Part shown: positions 1-7,664 of the stretch, piece by piece
Position numbering within the stretch: position 1 is the stretch's first letter
Layout of the letters: every line of letters begins with the position of its first letter
Source: Edaphobacter aggregans
Lineage (GTDB): Bacteria > Acidobacteriota > Terriglobia > Terriglobales > Acidobacteriaceae
Direction of reading: 5' to 3'
Assembly (NCBI RefSeq): GCF_003945235.1
Contig: NZ_RSDW01000001.1
Location: forward strand, 4,200,001 to 4,232,000
DNA length: 32,000 bases
Translations under genes and position numbers: made by a program
Notes under the pieces: model-generated
What the model saw: the letters and a program-made list of their open reading frames with translations, nothing else
The model's database searches: none
What the model was told of the DNA's origin: nothing

Positions 1-2672
1 TCCTTACCCTCGCCAAGACCGAGGGCATGCTCTTCAAGTGGGGATCGGGCGCAGGCTCGAACCTGAGCAACATCCGCGGCAGCATGGAAACGCTTAGCGG
101 CGGCGGTACCGCATCCGGCCCGCTCTCCTTCATGCGTGGCTTCGATGCCTTCGCTGGTGTCATCAAGTCAGGCGGCAAGACCCGTCGCGCCGCCAAGATG
201 GTCATCCTCAACGTCGACCATCCCGACATCATGGACTTCATCGACTGCAAGGTCAGCGAAGAGAAGAAGGCGTGGACGCTCGTGCAGGCTGGCTACGATG
301 GCAGCGGTCCAGACTCCGAGGCCTACAGCAGCATCTTCTTCCAGAACGCCAACAACTCCGTCCGCGTCACCGACGAGTTCATGGCCGCCGTCGAGTCCGA
401 CTCGACCTTCTACACCCGTACCGTCAAGCACCGCGCGCCGGTCAAGGAGTACCGCGCCCGCGACATCATGCACGCCATCGCCGAAGCCACCTGGCAGTGC
501 GGCGACCCCGGCATGCAGTACGACACCACCATCAATCGCTGGCACACGAGCAAGAACTCGGGCCGCATCAACGCCTCCAACCCATGCTCGGAGTACATGT
601 TCCTCGACGACTCCGCCTGCAACCTTGCATCCTTCAATCTCCTGAAGTTCCTCACTCCGGGAGGCCAGTTCGACGTCGCCGCGTACCGTCACGCCATCGC
701 CATCGTCACCACCGCCATGGAGATTATCGTCGACGCCGCCGGCTACCCCACCGAGATGATCGCGAAGAACTCGCACGACTATCGCCCACTCGGCCTCGGC
801 TATGCGAACCTCGGCGCGCTCCTAATGGCCTTCGGTCTGCCTTACGACTCCGACGCCGGCCGTGACTTCGCAGCTGCCGTAACTGCGATCCTCTGCGGCG
901 ACGCCTACTGGCAGTCCTCGCGCATCGCCGAGACATGCCCCGCCCTCGGAGCCGCCACTCCGCTCACCCAGCAGGCGCACATCGCTGGCGGAGCCTGCCC
1001 CGGCTTCTACGTCAACCGCGAGCCCTTCCTCGACGTCATCCGCATGCACCGCGCCGAGGTCAATAACATCGGCAAGTCCCGCCGCAGCGCCGAGCCCTTC
1101 GTCGCCCCGCAGCTCGACGAGCTCATTGAAGCCTCGCGCCAAGCCTGGGACGGCGCCCTCGCCCACGGTGAACGCCACGGCTATCGCAACTCCCAGGTCA
1201 CCGTCCTCGCGCCCACCGGCACCATCGGCTTCATGATGGACTGCGACACCACCGGCATCGAGCCCGACCTCGCCCTCGTCAAGTACAAGAAGCTCGTCGG
1301 CGGCGGCATGATCAAGATCGTCAACAACACCGTGCCCTCGGCGCTCTTCAAGCTCGGCTACACCAACGCCGAGGTCGACGCCATCGTCAGCTACATCGAC
1401 GCCACCGGCACCATCGAAGGCGCTCCCGCCATCAAGCCCGAGCACCTCGCCGTATTCGACTGCTCCTTCAAGCCCGCCAAGGGCACGCGCTCCATCCATT
1501 ACATGGGCCACATCCAGATGATGGCGGCCACCCAGCCCTTCCTCTCCGGAGCCATCTCGAAGACGGTCAACCTCCCGCAGGACGCGTCTGTGGATGACAT
1601 TGCCGAGGCCTACATCGAGTCCTGGCGTCAGGGCCTCAAGGCCGTAGCCATCTACCGCGACAACTCCAAGGGCTCGCAGCCTCTCAACGTCTCCGCCGCC
1701 GACGGCAAGGCCCAGAAAGAGAAAGCCGTAAGCTCCGTCGCAGCCGGTTCGGTCGAGATCGAAGAAGCCGTCATCGCTGCCAAGGCAGCCGTAGCCCGCG
1801 AAGCGCAGGCCCGCATCACCGCCCTCGAGACCCAGCTCAAGCAGATCGCCGAAGCCGCCCTGCAAAACAGCGACTCGGTCGACGCGCAGTCTCCACCCCG
1901 CGCCGTCCGTCATCGTCTGCCTGCCGAGCGCGCCTCCGTCACGCACAAGTTCGGCCTCTCCGGGCACGAGGGCTACATCACCGTCGGCCTCTACCCCAAC
2001 GGCCAGCCCGGCGAAATCTTCATCCGCATGGCCAAGGAAGGCTCCACCGTCTCCGGCCTCATGGACAGCTTCGCCACGGCCGTCTCGCTCGCCCTCCAGC
2101 ACGGCGTGCCGCTCAAGGTCCTCTGCGAGAAGTTCGCCCACACCCGCTTCGAGCCCTCTGGCTGGACCGGCAACGAGCAGATCGGCTACGCCAAGTCGAT
2201 CATGGACTACATCTTCCGCTGGATCCAGATCCGCTTCCTCTCCGGCCACCAGCTCGACCTCTTCGCCGGCCTCGGCCCGCAGCAGGCCTCCATCCCCGTC
2301 GAAGGCGCCGTAACCAGCCCCTCGAGCGCAGTCATCCTGAGCGGAGCGCGCAGCGCGGAGTCGAAGGACCCCGAGGGTCTTGCCAGCGGCACCAGCATCC
2401 CGAGCCTTTTAGCCTCGGACGACTACTACACCACCACCCCACCCCAGCAGGGAATCGCCCCCGACCCAACAGCTCAGGGAACGTCCACGCAGTACACACT
2501 AAGCTCGACTCCCTCCATGGAAGACCGCGGCATCTACCACGCCGCCGACGCCATGAAGTCCATGTACGACATGGGCGACGCCCCAAGCTGCGCCACCTGC
2601 GGAGCCATCATGACCCGCAGCGGCTCCTGCTATCGCTGCATGTCCTGCGGCAGCACTAGCGGCTGCAGCTAA
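1..2672 (+). CDS. nrdJ: Class II (adenosylcobalamin-dependent) ribonucleotide reductase, 5'-truncated by the window edge
   Basis: ORF 27..2672 stays open upstream to base 3 (..LTLAKTEG-MLFKWGSG), so the start lies outside the window. RNR hallmarks in the translation: NPCSEYMFLDDSACNLASFNL (active-site Cys/Asn block), LAPTGTIGFMMDCDTTGIEPD, ISKTVNLPQDASVDDI..WRQGLKAVAIYRDNSK, and the long-form NrdJ block RHRLPAERASVTHKF..GYITVGLYPNGQPGEIFIRMAKEGSTVSGLMD..RFEPSGWT. The C-terminal cysteine tail is CATCGAIMTRSGSCYRCMSCGSTSGCS. Codons almost all end in G/C. Confidence 0.9.
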   Translation, partial: LTLAKTEGMLFKWGSGAGSNLSNIRGSMETLSGGGTASGPLSFMRGFDAFAGVIKSGGKTRRAAKMVILNVDHPDIMDFIDCKVSEEKKAWTLVQAGYDGSGPDSEAYSSIFFQNANNSVRVTDEFMAAVESDSTFYTRTVKHRAPVKEYRARDIMHAIAEATWQCGDPGMQYDTTINRWHTSKNSGRINASNPCSEYMFLDDSACNLASFNLLKFLTPGGQFDVAAYRHAIAIVTTAMEIIVDAAGYPTEMIAKNSHDYRPLGLGYANLGALLMAFGLPYDSDAGRDFAAAVTAILCGDAYWQSSRIAETCPALGAATPLTQQAHIAGGACPGFYVNREPFLDVIRMHRAEVNNIGKSRRSAEPFVAPQLDELIEASRQAWDGALAHGERHGYRNSQVTVLAPTGTIGFMMDCDTTGIEPDLALVKYKKLVGGGMIKIVNNTVPSALFKLGYTNAEVDAIVSYIDATGTIEGAPAIKPEHLAVFDCSFKPAKGTRSIHYMGHIQMMAATQPFLSGAISKTVNLPQDASVDDIAEAYIESWRQGLKAVAIYRDNSKGSQPLNVSAADGKAQKEKAVSSVAAGSVEIEEAVIAAKAAVAREAQARITALETQLKQIAEAALQNSDSVDAQSPPRAVRHRLPAERASVTHKFGLSGHEGYITVGLYPNGQPGEIFIRMAKEGSTVSGLMDSFATAVSLALQHGVPLKVLCEKFAHTRFEPSGWTGNEQIGYAKSIMDYIFRWIQIRFLSGHQLDLFAGLGPQQASIPVEGAVTSPSSAVILSGARSAESKDPEGLASGTSIPSLLASDDYYTTTPPQQGIAPDPTAQGTSTQYTLSSTPSMEDRGIYHAADAMKSMYDMGDAPSCATCGAIMTRSGSCYRCMSCGSTSGCS

Positions 2673-2681
2673 TGCGCACCT

Positions 2682-2793
2682 TGTTTGATAGCCATAAGGG
2701 TGTGGGTTTACGCATAAGGTGAAAGTTGTACCCCATAAGGCGAAAGTTGAGGCCCCATAAGATGAAAGTCATTCATTTTATGGGGTTTAGATG
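2682..2793 (+). repeat. Tandem ~21-bp direct repeats (putative TnsB-binding sites) forming a Tn7-like transposon right end
   Basis: The core CATAAGGNGAAAGT recurs with 20-22 bp spacing. Copies: CATAAGGGTGTGGG at 2693, CATAAGGTGAAAGTTG at 2713, CATAAGGCGAAAGTTG at 2734, CATAAGATGAAAGTCA at 2756. One inverted partial copy, TTATGGGG, lies at 2778-2785. Two possible 5'-TGT termini: TGTTTGAT at 2682 or TGTGGGTT at 2701. The block starts 10-29 bp after the nrdJ stop and faces the tns genes on the same strand. Confidence 0.55.
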
Positions 2794-2829
2794 CAATATC
2801 TCGAACTCGATATTGTAAACCTCCATAAC

Positions 2830-3999
2830 CTACATAACTTCCACAACTGTCTTTCCTGCTGTTGCTTGCGAGCAATGAAGGTTTTCGGTATCGGCGAGCC
2901 GATCCTCCCCAACGTACATTGCAGAGAGAGTTTGAAGCCGGGTCAGCGTCTCCTTGTCCATAATTAGGCCATTCCCGGCCTGACTCAACCGCCGCGTCGG
3001 CAGACCCAACTTCCTCAGCCGATGTCCCACCTTTTCAGGGCTAAGTTTGGACGGCTCGCCCCGCGCTTCCACCAGACGGTTGATCTCGACCGCGATTTCC
3101 CGTGCGTAAAGTTGTTCGGTGCCTCCCGTGCTCAGGGCGAGTATCGCTTCGACGACCAAGGCTTCGGTTGTATTCCGCCGTTCTGAGATCTGCCGCCGAT
3201 CCCACGGGGCAAGGATTGCAACGAGTGCCGCCTGAAGGTCGGGCGAATCCACAATGCAGCTTCCGAGAGCCTTTGCGACGGCGCAGGTCTCCGGTGAGAC
3301 CCCAATGGGGTTGAACGCAAGCCGGCGTACCTGAGCCAGGTGACCTTCGCGATACTTGGCCAAGTTGCTGTTGAGATCCTCGACAGCTTGGTCAATCCCT
3401 ACGGGAGGAATTCGTTTCTCCGCATTCAGCGCGGGCGTCACGTCGATGTAGATGGCGTGCTGGATCCTTCTAATCGTGGGATCTTCACCGATGTAGACCG
3501 CCTTGGAGCTATGACACTGCAAGTAGGACCCTTGCTCCACGATCATGAATCCCCGGTTTGTCAGGTTTCCCAAGAGGGCTGCGGTCTGGTTGTTCAGATT
3601 GGGTTCAGAGATGAGGAGCGTATGGCGGGACACATCCTTGAGGTCCCCCCTGCGAAATCCAGCAAGGAGCAGTGATCCAAGGCAAAGGTCATGGAGGACG
3701 CGCAGAAGTTCGGTCGCCTCGTGGGCCGGGCCCGTGATCACCAGGCATGGAAGCACGATAAGGGCCTCCTGGAACCAAGTCGAGATCACCCAGAACGCGG
3801 CAATAGCGATGTCGGCGTTGGACAAGTGAGTCTGTGCCTTGATCGTGTGCTTGATGGTAGTGAGGAGCTCGAGGGCCTTGCTTGATGGCGGTGCCGGTGA
3901 AGACTCAGGCGTCGAAGTTGCGGCCTTATTGGTGCCGGACAAGGGCAACGTTGGGTCGGCTTCAGTCGCCGACGGGAGGTTTGCTTGTGACTCGTTCAT
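2830..3999 (-). CDS. Hypothetical protein, DUF3631-like layout with a degenerate Walker A
   Basis: 389-aa ORF with GAGAGG about 7 nt upstream of the ATG. The central block AIAAFWVISTWF..LPCLVITGPAHEATELLRVL..TLLISEPN..LLGNLTNRG parallels the DUF3631 layout (..ITSPxxGCGKT..TLLIDEAD..), but GPAHEAT replaces GxGKT. The C-terminal KLSPEKVGHRLRKLGLPTRRLSQAGNGLIMDKETLTRL resembles the DUF3631 C-terminal helix-turn-helix. The family call is from memory only. Confidence 0.5.
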   Translation of the reverse strand: MNESQANLPSATEADPTLPLSGTNKAATSTPESSPAPPSSKALELLTTIKHTIKAQTHLSNADIAIAAFWVISTWFQEALIVLPCLVITGPAHEATELLRVLHDLCLGSLLLAGFRRGDLKDVSRHTLLISEPNLNNQTAALLGNLTNRGFMIVEQGSYLQCHSSKAVYIGEDPTIRRIQHAIYIDVTPALNAEKRIPPVGIDQAVEDLNSNLAKYREGHLAQVRRLAFNPIGVSPETCAVAKALGSCIVDSPDLQAALVAILAPWDRRQISERRNTTEALVVEAILALSTGGTEQLYAREIAVEINRLVEARGEPSKLSPEKVGHRLRKLGLPTRRLSQAGNGLIMDKETLTRLQTLSAMYVGEDRLADTENLHCSQATAGKTVVEVM

Positions 4000-4449
4000 G
4001 TAGGCCTCTCAAAGAAAGAACTGCGGACGGAAAGCGGCGATGGACTGCGGGGCAACATCCCGTTCTATGAAGGGGTTTCATAGACGGCTTTCTGGAACAG
4101 TGTGTTTCCAGGAGAAGCGCCGGTCGCGACAGGGTCACTGAGCATCCACTGGAAGTCGCGAGGGCTTCGCCCGTGTAGTCTGGACTGGAGGAGCGCTATC
4201 GGTGTTCTGCTTCAACATTGAGTGCTCTTTTTAAGACAGTGCTAGTCGCGAAGTTCAGAGCCAAGTCACGTATCCCACGACCGCGTAGCTGTCATACAAC
4301 GACGAGTTGAAGGGTTTATCGCCACTCCGCTTTGAGCACTGTCTATATATCAATATCGCCGGCGGTCTGGCGACGGGCCCGTTGGCCATGCCCCCAGATG
4401 TACCCCTAAGCTTCCCATCGCCTGGAAAGCTCAGGGGTCAACACCTTGA

Positions 4450-4899
4450 CTACTGCTCGACACGCTCCTTGCTAAGCAAGGTCACACACCGCTTGGTAAT
4501 TTCCTTCCGATCCTTATGGGAAGCGATCGCCTCAATGCAATCCTTGTACTCCGGCGAATTAAGGGCGCCCAACATCTCCCGAACCGCTTCACGCCGTTCG
4601 AATTCCCACAGGTTGGCCCTCGTGATCATCTTGGCCCACGTCGACCAAGGTTCATCGAAAGCCATCTTAATGCACTCACACAAGACATTCGGGTCAGCTG
4701 ACTTCACATGACGGCGGTTCCGACCTGGGGTGTAGTGCCCCATACCGGCGTCGCCATAAACCTGGAGAGCCAGAAACCCTTCAACATACCCCCGGTCGCT
4801 TTCCGAGAGGTCGATATAAGACGAGATAAAATTCTCAGTCACGCGAAGCCGATTCAGATACTTCGGCCCCTTCTTTTTTGGTGTTGCTGATTCAAACAT
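4450..4899 (-). CDS. Hypothetical protein (149 aa)
   Basis: Longest ORF in this interval. GGGAG lies 8-12 nt upstream of the ATG. No motif recognised. The overlapping + strand ORFs (4307..4711, 4516..4701, 4708..4890) look less protein-like. Confidence 0.45.
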   Translation of the reverse strand: MFESATPKKKGPKYLNRLRVTENFISSYIDLSESDRGYVEGFLALQVYGDAGMGHYTPGRNRRHVKSADPNVLCECIKMAFDEPWSTWAKMITRANLWEFERREAVREMLGALNSPEYKDCIEAIASHKDRKEITKRCVTLLSKERVEQ

Positions 4900-5464
4900 G
4901 GTAAAGCTCCCTACAGGTAGTTGGTCCGAAAATGCATACGAACCTGCAATGTCGTCGACGCCTCACGAAGGTGCTGGGAGTGGCGATCGGCCCTGATGGG
5001 GATTGATACCCAAAAATCAATCAAGATCTGGAATACGAGTTGAAGATACCGTGCGGTATTCGCGCTGCATGTCTTTCTCGAAATTGAGATGAAGGAGGCA
5101 TCCGCCGTATTAGCCGACGAAAGCGTCATCAATAACGGCCAGGTCACGCTCGGTCCGTCCTTCGGACGAATACCGAAAATGGGGCGAATGCTTGCCGCTG
5201 GATCAAAGAAAGCGGGCCTAATTTCCCCCGGGCCATTGAGCCGCTCGGTAGGTTCTAAGCATGGGAAACGTAAGCGCGCATGGCACGAAGAGCAACGGGA
5301 CAGGATCATCCTTCAGGTTTGGAAAGTACATCCACTTCCAGCAGGCGACTGTCGGATTTTTATTTGCCCAAAAGTCCCCTTGGAGTCCTGGAGGTCTGTA
5401 GGTTCTGAATGAGACCGATGGAAATCGAGTCTCTATTCGATGCTGGATTTTTCCCAGAGGCCCG

Positions 5465-6796
5465 ATGAATATGTTGACCCACGAATTCGCAGCGCGACCC
5501 GCACTCATTCGACGTGCGATTGCCCAACACCAAGTTTGGATCGAACAGAGCCTCGGCATTCCGTTGGCCGAGGGCATCATCTTGAATTGCGATCAAACTC
5601 TTGCGAACGCAGCGATACCGCAACTGTTGGGAAATATCGATTCCTGCGGTTCCCGCGAGAAGACCACGCGTCTTTTCATGGAGGTCGTAGAGTCTGTCGA
5701 GTTCCCGCCCTCGAATGCACCCTTGCTTCAGGTTGACGCAGTGAGCAGATCGGTTGACCTTGAGACAGTGCTCGGCGGGGGAGAGTCCCGCCAATCGCAG
5801 GCTTTTGCGTGGGACGATGGCCCGGTGGCGTTTAGGGTGCGGGGGATTGGTTCGCCTTTGATCGCATTGACCCTCGCCTATCATGCGGGGCCAACCAGTA
5901 TTTGCGAAAACACCGCGCAAGTCCTTATATTCCGACGCGACGCCTCCAGGCTGGTTCTTGAGCTATTGGCAAGGCTCAGCAAGTCCGACGGTCAACCGAA
6001 GCTACACACCCTCAATGGCGGGGCACAGCACGTCCCGCCTTGCCGTTGGGATCAGCTTGTGCTCGAGCCGAATATCACGTCTCTGTTGAAGGATGACTTT
6101 GGATCCTTCTTTGAGCGCGAACTCTGGTTCCGTAAGATGCAGCTTCCGTTCCGCCGTGGTTATTTGCTCCACGGGCCGCCAGGTAACGGCAAAAGCTCTG
6201 CGATTCGTGCGATGCTGACGAGCGCAGGGCTGACAGCCTACACTCTTCGCCTCTTCGATTCGCGGACAGAAGATTCAGACATCGCCCGTGTCTTTGAGCG
6301 AGCCGTAAACCATGCCCCGGCGATGATCCTCCTTGAAGATATAGATCGTGCTTTTCCTCGCACCGGTGAGTCAAGAAGCAAAGTCAGCCTTCAGCAGCTA
6401 CTGAACTGCCTGGACGGTGTTGCTACCGGCGAAGGGATCGTCACCGTTGCCACGGCCAATGAACCGACGATTCTCGATCCCGCGATTCTGAGAAGACCAG
6501 GCCGATTTGATCGCGTCGTCCATTTCCCGAATCCGTCGTCCGCCCTGCGTCGCGAATACCTCTGTCGGATGCACGACACGTTTGCGGCAGCGAATCTCGA
6601 TTCGGTTGTCTCCGATTCCGAAGGATTCTCCTTTGCCCAGCTTCGCGAGGCTTACATTATGGCGGGGCAACTAGCTTTTGAGGGCAATCGCGAGATTGTC
6701 GTGAAGGATCTCTCTTCCGGAGTTCGTTGCCTGCGAGAGACATCTCAACTCTCTAATAGGTGGAGCAGCCGTGCCGGATTCATCGGCTCAGCCTAA
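5465..6796 (+). CDS. Classic-clade AAA+ ATPase with a unique ~210-aa N-terminal domain
   Basis: Walker A: LLHGPPGNGKSSAI. Walker B: PAMILLEDIDRAF. Sensor and second region of homology: VTVATANEPTILDPAILRRPGRFDRVVHFPNP. There is a single AAA module followed by a short helical lid (LRREYL..FSFAQLREAYIMAG). Confidence 0.85.
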   Translation: MNMLTHEFAARPALIRRAIAQHQVWIEQSLGIPLAEGIILNCDQTLANAAIPQLLGNIDSCGSREKTTRLFMEVVESVEFPPSNAPLLQVDAVSRSVDLETVLGGGESRQSQAFAWDDGPVAFRVRGIGSPLIALTLAYHAGPTSICENTAQVLIFRRDASRLVLELLARLSKSDGQPKLHTLNGGAQHVPPCRWDQLVLEPNITSLLKDDFGSFFERELWFRKMQLPFRRGYLLHGPPGNGKSSAIRAMLTSAGLTAYTLRLFDSRTEDSDIARVFERAVNHAPAMILLEDIDRAFPRTGESRSKVSLQQLLNCLDGVATGEGIVTVATANEPTILDPAILRRPGRFDRVVHFPNPSSALRREYLCRMHDTFAAANLDSVVSDSEGFSFAQLREAYIMAGQLAFEGNREIVVKDLSSGVRCLRETSQLSNRWSSRAGFIGSA

Positions 6797-6913
6797 ATAA
6801 AGGCTGCGATAAGCAAGCCGCGTCTAGCTCGCTGTTGCTCCATCCCTTTGCCATTGACCGGAGCCTTTTCAAAACAGCATCCCTATTTCCTTAACCGCTG
6901 CACAGAGTGAATT

Positions 6914-7663
6914 ATGAAGAGACTTGAGTTGCCAAACACGAGAACCGTATCCATCGAGCAATTTCGAGGCCCCACCTTTGAGACGTCAGCTAATCTCTCA
7001 AGGATCAAAGGCATCCACTTTCCCGAACCTAGCCAGATGCGTTCGCGCAGGGTTGTTTCGCGATCGAATGCGCGTTCAACGGGGAAATACCCCAGCTGGA
7101 AGATGGGACGGATGATGCACTGGGAGTCCATCCATGAGCTCAACGCTTTCCGTCTGCTCGACTGCGACCCGAACGTCACGAGCTACTGTGAGCAGCCCTG
7201 CCAGATCGTGTACGTCCTGGACGGAGTGGAGAGGCTTCATTATCCCGACATTATTGTTACAACGACCGCAGGAAAACAGCTCTGGGAAGTCAAGCTCCGA
7301 TCCAACGCTTCGGAACCCGAGGTTCTCGCCAGGACTGCTTTTCTTTCGCGTGCCCTTCCGAGATGGGGCTACGAGTATCAAACCGTATTTGATGAAGACC
7401 TCGCCAAACAGCCACGTCTCAGCAATGCGAACCTCCTCCTCAGATTAGGTAAACGAGCGGTCAATGATTGCGAATGGGAAGGTGTCCGACGCACCCTTGC
7501 AGAGCAAGGGGAATTGCTTTGGTCGGAGGCCACCTCCGACAACTATGGCGCAAAGGGCAGAGAGATCCTTTTGAGCCTCGTACTCAGGGGCATACTTACC
7601 ATCGACATGGACTCTCCGATCTCATCCGCTACCGAATTTGTCCCCAAGAATGGGAGTTTTTGA
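6914..7663 (+). CDS. tnsA: TnsA-like transposition endonuclease
   Basis: The motif order matches the TnsA restriction-endonuclease fold: WESIHELNAFRLLDCDPNVTSYCEQP (E) .. HYPDIIV (D) .. LWEVKLRS (K). The stop at 7661-7663 sits 1 nt before the tnsB ATG. The exact start is uncertain because internal Met codons exist. Confidence 0.8.
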   Translation: MKRLELPNTRTVSIEQFRGPTFETSANLSRIKGIHFPEPSQMRSRRVVSRSNARSTGKYPSWKMGRMMHWESIHELNAFRLLDCDPNVTSYCEQPCQIVYVLDGVERLHYPDIIVTTTAGKQLWEVKLRSNASEPEVLARTAFLSRALPRWGYEYQTVFDEDLAKQPRLSNANLLLRLGKRAVNDCEWEGVRRTLAEQGELLWSEATSDNYGAKGREILLSLVLRGILTIDMDSPISSATEFVPKNGSF

Positions 7664-7664
7664 T

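Noticed and set aside
136-2586. Many long ORFs overlapping nrdJ in other frames and on the opposite strand (for example 822..2249 minus, 475 aa; 168..776 minus; 272..865 plus).
   Set aside because: Their translations are Arg/Gly/Ala/Pro-rich low-complexity sequences, typical of stop-codon depletion in high-GC DNA. The nrdJ frame carries unambiguous RNR motifs across the whole interval.
2753-2785. Inverted repeat CCCCATAA-N17-TTATGGGG, considered as a rho-independent terminator for nrdJ.
   Set aside because: The loop is 17 nt, the stem is A/T-rich at its base, and no U-tract follows. The arms are copies of the tandem repeat motif, so protein-binding sites explain them better.
2794-2815. Perfect 7-bp inverted repeat CAATATC-N8-GATATTG, about 15 nt past the stop of the minus-strand gene 2830..3999. 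Considered as its terminator.
   Set aside because: The stem is weak and A/T-rich, and no T-run follows on the relevant strand. It cannot be supported as a terminator and could equally be an operator or part of the transposon end.
4911-5412. ORFs 4911..5309 (minus, 132 aa), 5089..5412 (plus, 107 aa) and 5218..5580 (minus, 120 aa) in the divergent intergenic region.
   Set aside because: They overlap one another, lack ribosome-binding sites, and have Arg/Ser/Pro-rich, non-globular translations. The region is better read as the shared promoter region of the 149-aa gene and the AAA+ ATPase gene.
5465-6796. The AAA+ ATPase considered as the missing eCIS ATPase (Afp15/Pvc15 equivalent).
   Set aside because: It is separated from the eCIS operon by the whole transposition core and is not co-transcribed with it. 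It has a single AAA module with an unrelated N-domain. It more likely belongs to the accessory module next to the transposon end.
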